Origin: an uncultured Coprobacillus sp.
Lineage (GTDB): Bacteria > Bacillota_I > Bacilli_A > RFN20 > CAG-826
Length of the DNA: 64,000 nt
Direction: 5' to 3'
Assembly: GCA_964583155.1 (NCBI GenBank)
Contig: CAZOUY010000004.1
Span: 35,538-99,537 of the forward strand
The position numbers and the translations under genes are program-made. The notes under the pieces were generated by a model. The model worked only from the letters and a program-made list of their open reading frames with translations, was not told the origin of the DNA and did not search any database. Positions 40,665 to 49,191 of this stretch are shown in pieces; position 1 is the stretch's first letter, and each line of letters begins with the position of its first letter.

Positions 40665-41057
40665 CTATTCCATGAGGTTTCCGTTGCTATCTTTAAAGTT
40701 ATTATTGCAAAGAATTAGGATGCCGTCGATCAATCCCCAAATAGCTCCGGCACCACAACCGAAGATCGTTAAGAAAAGCTGGGCTAAGGCGATGCCAGTG
40801 TGCCCGGAATAAAATCTTCCGACACCAAAGCATCCTAGAAATATCTGCAATAAACCACAAACCAATTTGTTTTTAGTTGATTTGCCACCAGTAGTGGTAT
40901 TGGTGGTGTTATTCGCAGTATTACCAAATTTTGGAGCAATCAAATCGGAAAGCGATTTACGATAATTAGGATTTTTACTACCGCAATATTTACATGTTTC
41001 GTCATAAGGACTCATGTCATAACCGCAGTTTTGACATTCATAGTTGTTTTCAGCCAT
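40665..41057 (-). CDS. TM2 domain protein with N-terminal zinc ribbon
   Basis: CQNC...CKYCG ribbon; KNKLV.GLL.IFLG.FGVGRFY.G...W.LIDGI.IL TM2 motif. Confidence 0.9.
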   Translation of the reverse strand: MAENNYECQNCGYDMSPYDETCKYCGSKNPNYRKSLSDLIAPKFGNTANNTTNTTTGGKSTKNKLVCGLLQIFLGCFGVGRFYSGHTGIALAQLFLTIFGCGAGAIWGLIDGILILCNNNFKDSNGNLME

Positions 41058-41477
41058 CTACTTGTCCTCCACAACTTCAATTTCATGTCCTTGGTATTTG
41101 GTCTCAGCCTTCAGCATTTTCTTGTTCATCGTGATGATACCACCGCTAATAGCGATGTAAACAATCAGCGCCACTCCCAAAAAGATGATGCTCCATAATA
41201 ATTGGCGATTCTCAAGTCTAAATAATCCCCGAATGACCAAGGGAATAAATTGGGTGATGACATTTAAAACAATCAAAGATAGGCTAATACCATTAGCGGT
41301 ATTGGCTAAAAAGCAATATGCGATGCTAGAAAGAAACAGGACTCCGAATAAAATTTTGCTGATTAGATAGACAGCCATGAAGGTATCGCCGAGATTATTG
41401 TTTAAAAAGAAGGGAATAGCAATAACCAAAGCGAGGGAAATTAAGGCAATAAGTAAGAAATAAATGTTCTTTTTCAT
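41058..41477 (-). CDS. Four-TM hypothetical membrane protein
   Basis: Four hydrophobic segments; GGAGGAGG RBS within the SPFH gene end; stop abuts the next ATG. Confidence 0.75.
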   Translation of the reverse strand: MKKNIYFLLIALISLALVIAIPFFLNNNLGDTFMAVYLISKILFGVLFLSSIAYCFLANTANGISLSLIVLNVITQFIPLVIRGLFRLENRQLLWSIIFLGVALIVYIAISGGIITMNKKMLKAETKYQGHEIEVVEDK

Positions 41478-41482
41478 AATCG

Positions 41483-42529
41483 TTATTCCTCCTCCTTGAC
41501 GAGCTTTTCGCCACATTCGCCACAGAATTTAGCGCCAGGCAAAACCTGCGTTCCGCATTTTGGGCAATGAGCCATCATTTTTTGTCCGCAATGAGGGCAA
41601 AACTTAGCGGTTCGAGGAATCACGTTTCCACAATGAGGACACTTAACCTCAGTGGAATCGGATGAAGCGCTGGGAGGGATGATCGTGCTCGAAGCGTTAT
41701 TGGCCATGTTGACACCTAATCCGACACCCATAAAGGCCCCAGCGGCATTGTTATTTTTGGCGCCTTCTTCCAAAACATCATATCCTCTTGTGGTGCGATA
41801 GACGGTATCACCCAATTGCTCATACTCCGCTTTCTTATGAAGAATCTCATTTAATTTGCGTAGATCATCTTCAGGAACATTGATAGATTCGATGCTTAAG
41901 CTCGCGATTTCAAAGCCGAATTTAGTGACTTCATCTTTCATCGCACTTTCAAATTCACTTTGGATTTCATCAATGCGAGTGTCGATTTCAAAAAATGTGA
42001 TCTTATTGGAAATGATAAAGCTCGATAATACCTTTTTTATTTTTTGGTTCAATGAGCCGCGAAAATAATTGCAGATTATATCAAAGTCAATATATGATCC
42101 TTGCATTAATGTCCCCACTAATGTTTGTAAAAAATACTGATAATTAACTAGCTTAATACCCATCTGACCGCGCGCTCGCACGCGTAATTGGATTTTATAG
42201 ATTGGATCCAAAATGCTAACAGGATCAGTGGTGCCCCATAACAGATCCAACTTCAATCTTTTGTTGATGAAATATACTTCAATAGGATAAGGATTCTTAC
42301 CACCGTGAACGCCTTTGACAAAGGTCTTAACGATAGGCAAAAGCTCGCTATTCATCACATAATTACCTTCTTCACAAATTCGTTCGATTTTTCCATTGTG
42401 AACGATGATTGCTACTTGACCGGTAGAAACAACAAGCTTTGATTTGGAATTAAATTCGGTATTTGGATACTTATAAATAAGCCAATCACTATTAGTTCCA
42501 GAAAAAGAGACTACGCTATAAAGTGCCAT
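41483..42529 (-). CDS. SPFH/band-7 domain protein with C-terminal double zinc ribbon (YdjI-like)
   Basis: L.YKYP, LVV...Q.AI....G, EVYFIN, WGT..P...DP, RA.G, ..GAFMGVG.G; CPHC..CPHC and CPKC..CGEC. Confidence 0.85.
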   Translation of the reverse strand: MALYSVVSFSGTNSDWLIYKYPNTEFNSKSKLVVSTGQVAIIVHNGKIERICEEGNYVMNSELLPIVKTFVKGVHGGKNPYPIEVYFINKRLKLDLLWGTTDPVSILDPIYKIQLRVRARGQMGIKLVNYQYFLQTLVGTLMQGSYIDFDIICNYFRGSLNQKIKKVLSSFIISNKITFFEIDTRIDEIQSEFESAMKDEVTKFGFEIASLSIESINVPEDDLRKLNEILHKKAEYEQLGDTVYRTTRGYDVLEEGAKNNNAAGAFMGVGLGVNMANNASSTIIPPSASSDSTEVKCPHCGNVIPRTAKFCPHCGQKMMAHCPKCGTQVLPGAKFCGECGEKLVKEEE

Positions 42530-42710
42530 AATAATTCTCCTTTATTCTTAATATAATTAGAATATATTTAATTATATTAAATTTATAATTTATTTACAAT
42601 AGTTAGAGAGTGGGTTCCATGATGACCAGATGCTTCTATAGAGCGTTCATTTTGAGGCTTGAGATTGATTTATAAATCGACAATTGCTATTATGATAAAG
42701 GGTAATAAGT

Positions 42711-43568
42711 ATGAACGAACTACAAAAAGTTGAACTTAATTTATTAAAAATATTTATCGATTTTTGTGCTAAGCACAATTTACAATATTTTCTGGTAGCA
42801 GGCTCCGCCTTAGGAGCGGTCCGCCATCAGGGCTTTATTCCTTGGGATGATGATGTTGACGTGGCTTTACCAAGAAAAGACTACGATCGCTTTATTGAAT
42901 TGGCGAAGGATGAGTTTACGGGGGATATCTTTTTACAGACATATGAAACCGATCCGAACTATCCGTATAATTTTGCCAAATTGCGTGATTCACGGACCAC
43001 TTTTATTGAAAGAACATATAAATTCAATCGAATGAATCATGGCGTTTGGATCGATATTTTTCCATTAGATGGAATCTCCAAAAAACAAGGAAAGATCACT
43101 TTTGCAATGAAATGGCATATTATAAGAGTTTGGCCGCGTATGTGGTTTATTTATCCGCGATGCTCGACCAGAGTGCCTCGAAAGCATTGGTGGCCTCTCG
43201 ATATTCTTTTAGATATTTTTATGTATCCGAATTATATTTGGAATATCGGTCATTATCTCAATCATCGTATTGATAAAATAATGAAAAAGAAAAAATATGA
43301 AGAATGCTACTATGTGGCTAGTATGCAGGGAGGATGGCTCGGACGCGAAATCATGAGGCGTGATTATTTCGGTGATGGTATAACCGCCAGTTTTGAAGGA
43401 ATAGAAGTTCGAATTCCTGAAAAATATGATGAATATCTTCGAAGTCTTTATGGCGATTACATGAAGCTTCCGCCTGAAAGCAAGCGTGTCGTTCGGCATA
43501 AGCATGCCGGTATGGATTTGAATTGTCCTTACTATGAGTATTATAAAGATTATAAAAGACACCAATAG
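42711..43568 (+). CDS. licD: LicD family nucleotidyltransferase (phosphocholine transferase-like)
   Basis: GSALGAVRHQGFIPWDDDVD, IDIFPLD, FEG...IP..YDEYL..LYGDYM. Confidence 0.9.
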   Translation: MNELQKVELNLLKIFIDFCAKHNLQYFLVAGSALGAVRHQGFIPWDDDVDVALPRKDYDRFIELAKDEFTGDIFLQTYETDPNYPYNFAKLRDSRTTFIERTYKFNRMNHGVWIDIFPLDGISKKQGKITFAMKWHIIRVWPRMWFIYPRCSTRVPRKHWWPLDILLDIFMYPNYIWNIGHYLNHRIDKIMKKKKYEECYYVASMQGGWLGREIMRRDYFGDGITASFEGIEVRIPEKYDEYLRSLYGDYMKLPPESKRVVRHKHAGMDLNCPYYEYYKDYKRHQ

Positions 43569-43577
43569 TGAATTAAT

Positions 43578-43604
43578 TACCTATCATAATGATAGGTATT
43601 TTTT
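43578..43604 (+). terminator. Terminator after licD
   Basis: TACCTATC-ataat-GATAGGTA plus T run. Confidence 0.65.
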
Positions 43605-43684
43605 TACATAGAATTAAGGAAAAGGCTTTTTCATGCGTAATAAATAATAAAGCAATATTGAAAACTGCTTGGAAAGGAAAAAAC

Positions 43685-44689
43685 ATGAAAAAAAATAACA
43701 AATTTAAAATCGGTGTAACGATGCTTATTTTGATAGCCTTTGTCATTGTTGGGATAGGCTTGAAGAAAAAAATTCAATCAACAAATGAAGAAATCTATCA
43801 AGGAAATCAAATCAATTTATCCATTAATAGTACAGAAAAAATAGAAATTAAACAATTAACACATGCCACCAATGATCAAGGCCAAGAGGTAATTTCATTT
43901 AATTTCAATATCTATCCTCAGGAGGCGAACGATCAAAGTGTATTGATTTCCTTAAAGTGGATTGATGAAGAGGTAAGTGAGAGTATTGATAATTATTTGC
44001 ATTATGAAAGGGTAAAATACGATACGATTGCTATTACATGTTTAAAAAGGGCTAATTATCAGGCGCAAATGACCATTGCATCACAAAGCAATAAAAATGT
44101 TCAAGCATCAATTAAAATTGACTTTAATAAGCAATTTCAAGGCTTTAAAACTAGCGAAATACGCTTGATTAGAGAAATTGAAAGTATGGATAATCCAACC
44201 ATATCACTTGATGAAGTTAAAACCGCAATTCTCAATGAATCACAGGGCTTTGGTGATGGAACCCGATACTCGGCGGCGTTAGATATTCAGAAATTAGTGA
44301 TAAGAAATGATCACGATAATCATACCTTTTTAAACGATATAGCCGTTCTCAGTGATGATCTTTCGCAATTAATGCGTGAGGACATTATTATAGCCTCCCA
44401 ATTTTTAGAAACTCTTTCAACATGCTCGGGGAAATCGTTTTATGATTTGTTTATTAATTCCGATGCCGAGAACGCTTTGATCACGGAATCAATTCCGGGA
44501 AGAGATGAAATTGCGAACTTCAATTATTTAACTTTTTCATCGAAAATACATATCGATTTTGAATATTATGGTGAAGATTTTACATTTTCCTTTAATCTGA
44601 TACATATGGTTAAGACATCGCTCTTACACAATTATTTATTTATTCCGGTAAGTAGCATTACCATTGAAATCCCTAATATTGTGTTTTGA
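43685..44689 (+). CDS. Hypothetical membrane-anchored surface protein
   Basis: Basic N-terminus plus one TM, then IYPQEANDQSV segment resembling bacterial Ig-like domains; start moved to ATG 43685 after a GGAAAGG RBS. Confidence 0.6.
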   Translation: MKKNNKFKIGVTMLILIAFVIVGIGLKKKIQSTNEEIYQGNQINLSINSTEKIEIKQLTHATNDQGQEVISFNFNIYPQEANDQSVLISLKWIDEEVSESIDNYLHYERVKYDTIAITCLKRANYQAQMTIASQSNKNVQASIKIDFNKQFQGFKTSEIRLIREIESMDNPTISLDEVKTAILNESQGFGDGTRYSAALDIQKLVIRNDHDNHTFLNDIAVLSDDLSQLMREDIIIASQFLETLSTCSGKSFYDLFINSDAENALITESIPGRDEIANFNYLTFSSKIHIDFEYYGEDFTFSFNLIHMVKTSLLHNYLFIPVSSITIEIPNIVF

Positions 44690-44790
44690 ATTATTTAAGA
44701 TCTTTATTTTTAAAAGTTGGTTAATGCGATAAAATAGCCAACTTTTTATATTATTAAACGGACATATTTCGGCCTTTTTCAAAGTAGCGT

Positions 44791-44829
44791 GAAATAAAAA
44801 AGTTCCGAATAACGGAACTTTTTTATTTC
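44791..44829. terminator. Bidirectional terminator at the tRNA cluster 3' end
   Basis: Perfect 17-bp inverted repeat GAAATAAAAAAGTTCCG-aataa-CGGAACTTTTTTATTTC. Confidence 0.85.
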
Positions 44830-44831
44830 GA

Positions 44832-44918
44832 TGGTGCCCGGGACCGGACTTGAACCGGTATGGTATCGCTACCGAGGGATTTTAAGTCCCTTGCGTCTAC
44901 CTATTTCGCCACCTGGGC
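44832..44918 (-). tRNA. tRNA-Leu(TAA)
   Basis: AGGGA-CT-TAA-AA-TCCCT anticodon arm, long variable arm, GGTTCAAGTCC, encoded CCA. Confidence 0.96.
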
Positions 44919-44927
44919 AATGACAAA

Positions 44928-45003
44928 TGGTGACCCGTATGCGATTCGAACGCATGACCCCTTGATTAAAAGTCAAGTGCTCTACCGACTGAGCTAACGG
45001 GTC
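44928..45003 (-). tRNA. tRNA-Lys(TTT)
   Basis: CTTGA-CT-TTT-AA-TCAAG, GTTCGAATC, encoded CCA. Confidence 0.96.
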
Positions 45004-45008
45004 GAAAT

Positions 45009-45084
45009 TGGCTGGGGTACCTGGGATCGAACCAGGGAAATGACAGAGTCAAAGTCTGTTGCCTTACCTCTTGGCTATACCCCA
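45009..45084 (-). tRNA. tRNA-Gln(TTG)
   Basis: ACAGA-CT-TTG-AC-TCTGT, GGTTCGATCC, encoded CCA. Confidence 0.96.
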
Positions 45085-45089
45085 AAAGA

Positions 45090-45173
45090 TGGTGGAGGAG
45101 GGTGGATTCGGACCACCGAACCCGAAGGAATTGATTTACAGTCAACCGCGTTTGGCCACTTCGCTACTCCTCC
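45090..45173 (-). tRNA. tRNA-Tyr(GTA), T-loop TCCGAAT
   Basis: GTTGA-CT-GTA-AA-TCAAT, variable arm, encoded CCA; C at position 55. Confidence 0.93.
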
Positions 45174-45192
45174 ATATTGACATTAACACGAA

Positions 45193-45268
45193 TGGTGGAT
45201 GTTGACGGGATCGAACCGCCGACCCCCGCCGTGTAAAGGCGATGCTCTCCCAGCTGAGCTAAACATCC
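45193..45268 (-). tRNA. tRNA-Val(TAC)
   Basis: TCGCC-TT-TAC-AC-GGCGG, GGTTCGATCC, encoded CCA. Confidence 0.96.
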
Positions 45269-45287
45269 ATGGGATACGCGCTTATTT

Positions 45288-45316
45288 AATATATCATTGT
45301 TGATTTTTTTAGTCAA
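45288..45316 (-). promoter_or_regulatory. Sigma-A promoter of the Val-Tyr-Gln-Lys-Leu tRNA operon
   Basis: TTGACT-N17-TATATT on the minus strand. Confidence 0.75.
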
Positions 45317-45359
45317 TTGTTTATTACTCATTTTTTAAAAAAACCTCTCGTTTACAAAT

Positions 45360-45410
45360 TGACAAAGTAAAAGCAACAATAAAACCAAGATAGTGAATTT
45401 TACCTTTTCA
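45360..45410 (+). repeat. Copy A of the three-copy intergenic element
   Basis: 44/51 identical to 53519-53569, first 18 nt (TGACAAAGTAAAAGCAAC) identical. Confidence 0.85.
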
Positions 45411-45530
45411 TGTAACGAAAAACCTCTTGGAATCACCGAAGAAGAGAGGATGAAAGAAAAAATAAGATTGCTAAAATGATTTTCTTTATTTAGGAAAAAG
45501 GAAGGGAGATTGGTACTAAAAAAAGACTAA

Positions 45531-45569
45531 TGAATGCAGAGAATAAACACTAATTACTCTCTGCATTCA
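45531..45569 (-). terminator. Inverted repeat after pgi
   Basis: TGAATGCAGAGA...TCTCTGCATTCA 12-bp stem. Confidence 0.6.
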
Positions 45570-45582
45570 ACGCATTTTATGA

Positions 45583-46863
45583 CTAATATCCTTTTTTCCC
45601 CAATAAATGGAACATATTCTTCTTATAGATTTCGACACCAGGTTGATTAAAGGGATTTATTTCTAGTAGATATGCACTCATGGCACATGCCTGCATAAAG
45701 AAATAGAAGAGATGACCAAGGTGATGCGCATCCATTTTGTCGACATGAATCACCATAGCGGGCACATTACCACTTTCGGCATGAGCATCCAAAGTTCCTA
45801 AAAAAGCTTTTTCATTGACAAAAGAAAGCTTGCGACCCTCTAAATAATTGAGGCCATCCAAATCCTGTTCATCATGCGGAACAGTTAGATCAAGCGACGG
45901 ATTATCAACATAGAGGATTGTTTCAAATAAAAGAGGTGTTCCATCTTGAATGAATTGTCCCATTGAGTGGAGATCGGTTGAAAAAGTGACCGATGCTGGT
46001 AAAAGCCCCTTCTTTTCTTTGCCTTCTGATTCGCCGAATAATTGTTTCCACCATTCGCCGATTTGCGTTAGGGAAGGCTCATAGGTGACGAACATTTCAA
46101 CGCCTTTTTGGTGACGATAGAAATAATCACGCATAATAGCGTATTGATAACAAATATTATCCTCTAAACGATCATTGTTATATAATTGTCGTGCTTCGGC
46201 AGCACCCTTAAGCATTTCGCGAATATCAACACCGCTACAGGCGATTGGGAAAAGGCCAACCGCTGTTAAAACGGAATATCGACCGCCGATATCATCCGGT
46301 AAAACATAGGTGCGATATCCTTCTTGGATAGCGAGCGTTTTCAAAGCGCCACGTTTTTTATCGGTGGTGGCAAAGATGGCCTTTTGAGCACCTTCTTTAC
46401 CGATTTTTCTTTCTAAGAGTTCTTTTAATAAGCGGAACGAAATCGAGGTTTCCGTAGTGGTTCCTGACTTAGATATAACGTTGATGGCAAAATTCTTATT
46501 TTCCAAATAATGAAGGACCTGGGCCAAATAATTAGGAGAGAAGGTTTGTCCCATATAAATTATTTCTAGCTTGCTTTGTGGCCATAATCCGTTTAGCGCT
46601 TCAATAGCGGCTCGCGCTCCTAAATAAGATCCTCCAATACCGCAGACTACCAATACCTCATAATTATTGCGAACGTACTGAGCGTCTTTGATCATTTGCT
46701 CTAATTCTTCCTTATCATAGTCGATAGGCCAGGTGGTCCAGCCCAAAAAATCATTACCGGCCCCTGTCCTTTCCTGAATCATCTTGTGAATAATAGAAAC
46801 TCTTTCTTGATAAGAAGAAAAATCAATTTGTGCATGTGTGTGTGTTGTGTCCAATTTAATCAT
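45583..46863 (-). CDS. pgi: Glucose-6-phosphate isomerase
   Basis: GIGGSYLGAR, ISKSGTTTET, GGRYSVL, QLFGESEGK, NPFNQPGVE.YK. Confidence 0.97.
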   Translation of the reverse strand: MIKLDTTHTHAQIDFSSYQERVSIIHKMIQERTGAGNDFLGWTTWPIDYDKEELEQMIKDAQYVRNNYEVLVVCGIGGSYLGARAAIEALNGLWPQSKLEIIYMGQTFSPNYLAQVLHYLENKNFAINVISKSGTTTETSISFRLLKELLERKIGKEGAQKAIFATTDKKRGALKTLAIQEGYRTYVLPDDIGGRYSVLTAVGLFPIACSGVDIREMLKGAAEARQLYNNDRLEDNICYQYAIMRDYFYRHQKGVEMFVTYEPSLTQIGEWWKQLFGESEGKEKKGLLPASVTFSTDLHSMGQFIQDGTPLLFETILYVDNPSLDLTVPHDEQDLDGLNYLEGRKLSFVNEKAFLGTLDAHAESGNVPAMVIHVDKMDAHHLGHLFYFFMQACAMSAYLLEINPFNQPGVEIYKKNMFHLLGKKGY

Positions 46864-47251
46864 TTTGTTTATCCTCCCTTTTCCATGCTTCCTCAATCCA
46901 CCCTTCTAAGTGATCTTGAAGTATTTGAAAACCCTTTTTTTCATCAGGTATCGCTTTTTTTCTTTTCAAAAGTGGCGGTCTTCGAATCGTTTGCCGCTCG
47001 CGTTCAACGGTTTGTTTAAGCGATAATCGCAAATAATGACTGGTTTCGTCAATATCGATAATCTTAACACGGACATTCTTTCCTAATTGCAAATAATCGG
47101 TGATGTTTCGCACAAATCGTGAAGATATTTCAGAAATATGAATCAGACCTTGCTGTCCGTTAGGAAAGGAAATAAAAGCGCCATAGGATTGAATTCCCGT
47201 AACTTTTCCTTCTTGAATTTCGCCGATTTTATAACCGTTTTCTATCGTCAT
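46856..47251 (-). CDS. S1 RNA-binding domain protein (YugI/GSP13-like)
   Basis: GKVTGIQSYGAF, GLIHISEIS, LSLK; adjacent to pgi as yugI is. Confidence 0.85.
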   Translation of the reverse strand: MTIENGYKIGEIQEGKVTGIQSYGAFISFPNGQQGLIHISEISSRFVRNITDYLQLGKNVRVKIIDIDETSHYLRLSLKQTVERERQTIRRPPLLKRKKAIPDEKKGFQILQDHLEGWIEEAWKREDKQND

Positions 47252-47357
47252 ATCATTTCATCTCCATAATTTGTCCTCATTTGTAATTTATGCAAAAAGT
47301 CATGAAATCACCTTCATATTATACAACATTTAATTATCTTATTATAGAATTTACGAT

Positions 47358-48059
47358 TTATTTTTTGATTGATAGAATGGCCTTTAATAGTGTCAAATCT
47401 TCGGGAGTGGTGATCTTGAAATTTATTTTATCGCCCGTTACCAAAAAAACATTGCCATTATTTTGCAAAACCAATTGTGTATCATCGCTGGCATCTTTAT
47501 TATTGGATGATAATGCATGAAGATGAGCATCCATTATCACTCGGTAGCGGAATGATTGCGGCGTTTGCAAGGCGTAAAGAGTGCTTCTATTAAGTGTCAG
47601 ATTAATTTGATAGCCATCTAAAGAATTGATAATCGTGTCGGAGACCGCTATTGCAGTTGTACAGGCATCGTGTAAGCAGGCTACTTCAATATTTCTTGAT
47701 ATTATATCATCAGTTACGAGGGGACGAGCGCCATCATGTATAAGAACGATGTCATCATCCTTGATATGGGTGGAAAGGGCATTAAGAGCTTTAAACACCG
47801 ATTCTTGGCGTGATAAGCCACCTTCGATCACGTATGCAATTTTTTTTAAATGGTATTTCTCAATCCATAATCGGATTTCTTCGACATATTCTGAAAGCGT
47901 AACGACCATGATTTTATCAATTTGAGGATGATTATTAAAGGTGGTAATGGTCTTTACCAAAAGAGGCGCGCCGTTCATCATTATAAATTGCTTTGGAGCA
48001 GTGGAAATATCTCGCATTCTGGTTCCATTTCCCGCTCCTAAAATAATTGCGATATTCAA
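47358..48059 (-). CDS. ispD: IspD/TarI cytidylyltransferase
   Basis: AGNGTRM, PKQF, GG.SRQESV, IHDGARP, QTPQSF, KITTPEDL. Confidence 0.9.
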   Translation of the reverse strand: MNIAIILGAGNGTRMRDISTAPKQFIMMNGAPLLVKTITTFNNHPQIDKIMVVTLSEYVEEIRLWIEKYHLKKIAYVIEGGLSRQESVFKALNALSTHIKDDDIVLIHDGARPLVTDDIISRNIEVACLHDACTTAIAVSDTIINSLDGYQINLTLNRSTLYALQTPQSFRYRVIMDAHLHALSSNNKDASDDTQLVLQNNGNVFLVTGDKINFKITTPEDLTLLKAILSIKK

Positions 48060-48149
48060 TTTGCTAACCTCCTTTAATCAATTTTGATTTTATCATTCTC
48101 GGTCTTTAAATACAATTCTATGCAAAAATAAAAGGGCTTTAATGCCCTT

Positions 48150-48989
48150 TTAACGATCCTTAGTGTATAAACGCTCTTCTTTTATTGATAATTGATTATT
48201 CAAAGAAATTTTTTGGAGGATAAGCTTGACGACGTTTTCAAGATCGCTGCCTTTACTATAATCGGCCAGACTGACAAAGTTTACCCGTCCATCTTCATAT
48301 AATTGATTGACCTTATCCTTTTTGCCTTCTTGATAAATGGCAATGGAGTGACCACCATTATTTTTGACCAAAAGCATGAAAGGAATATCGGTCATTCCGT
48401 CGCCAAAATATAGCATGTGAGAATACGAAATACGACGTTCTCCGGTTTTTTCATTTACTTTGGTATCATCGGTCTGATCCAAAACACCCTTGGCGATGCG
48501 AAATAAGTATTGCGTTTTAGCGGTATAATTAATGGAATTCTTGGGCCAAATTGCCTCGCCATTTTCATCGTAATGGAATTCGCAACCAAAAATGGCCTTA
48601 AACTCATTGACTATTTTACAGCCATCGATTATTTCTTTGGTTCCCGAAGAGACTATGTAATGCTCGATTTGAAGCCCTAAAGAAGCGCCGTACTCGTTGA
48701 TGCGCTTAAACCAAGTTTCAACACCGCGATAAAAGACAATATCTTTTCCAAGTGAGTTCAGATACTCTTTTGTCAAAGGAATATTCTTTTCATGACATTT
48801 CAAAACCATCATATACATATATGATAATATTCTCTCAATATGATATTTTTCGGATAATTTCCCAGTTTCACCCCAGAACTCACCAGGAGTCATTCCTAGG
48901 TTAGGAATAAAACTATAGTTTTGCATATCATCGGTGCAAAGGGTTTTATCAAAGTCGTAAATTAGTGCAATAATCGGTTTTTTTGCCAT
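48150..48989 (-). CDS. HAD family hydrolase
   Basis: YDFDKTL (motif I), IVSSG, YFGDGMTD. Confidence 0.85.
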   Translation of the reverse strand: MAKKPIIALIYDFDKTLCTDDMQNYSFIPNLGMTPGEFWGETGKLSEKYHIERILSYMYMMVLKCHEKNIPLTKEYLNSLGKDIVFYRGVETWFKRINEYGASLGLQIEHYIVSSGTKEIIDGCKIVNEFKAIFGCEFHYDENGEAIWPKNSINYTAKTQYLFRIAKGVLDQTDDTKVNEKTGERRISYSHMLYFGDGMTDIPFMLLVKNNGGHSIAIYQEGKKDKVNQLYEDGRVNFVSLADYSKGSDLENVVKLILQKISLNNQLSIKEERLYTKDR

Positions 48990-49191
48990 ATAAATTCCTC
49001 CTTTTTATATATTATATAAAAAAATTTTTGTTGTCAAATATTGGTAATTAATATCGCTTCTTTGGCATGATTTACGATGATCATTTTCAAAAAATGCGGA
49101 ATATTGAGATGATCAGTGAAAATTAATAAAATCATTTTTCTTTTCTTTTAGAAAAGACATCGCTATAATGAAAGCGATAAAGGAGGAGTTT

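Noticed and set aside
45441-45479. RBS plus ATG (MKEKIRLLK*) downstream of repeat copy A
   Set aside because: Nine codons only; cannot be supported as a gene, at most a decayed start
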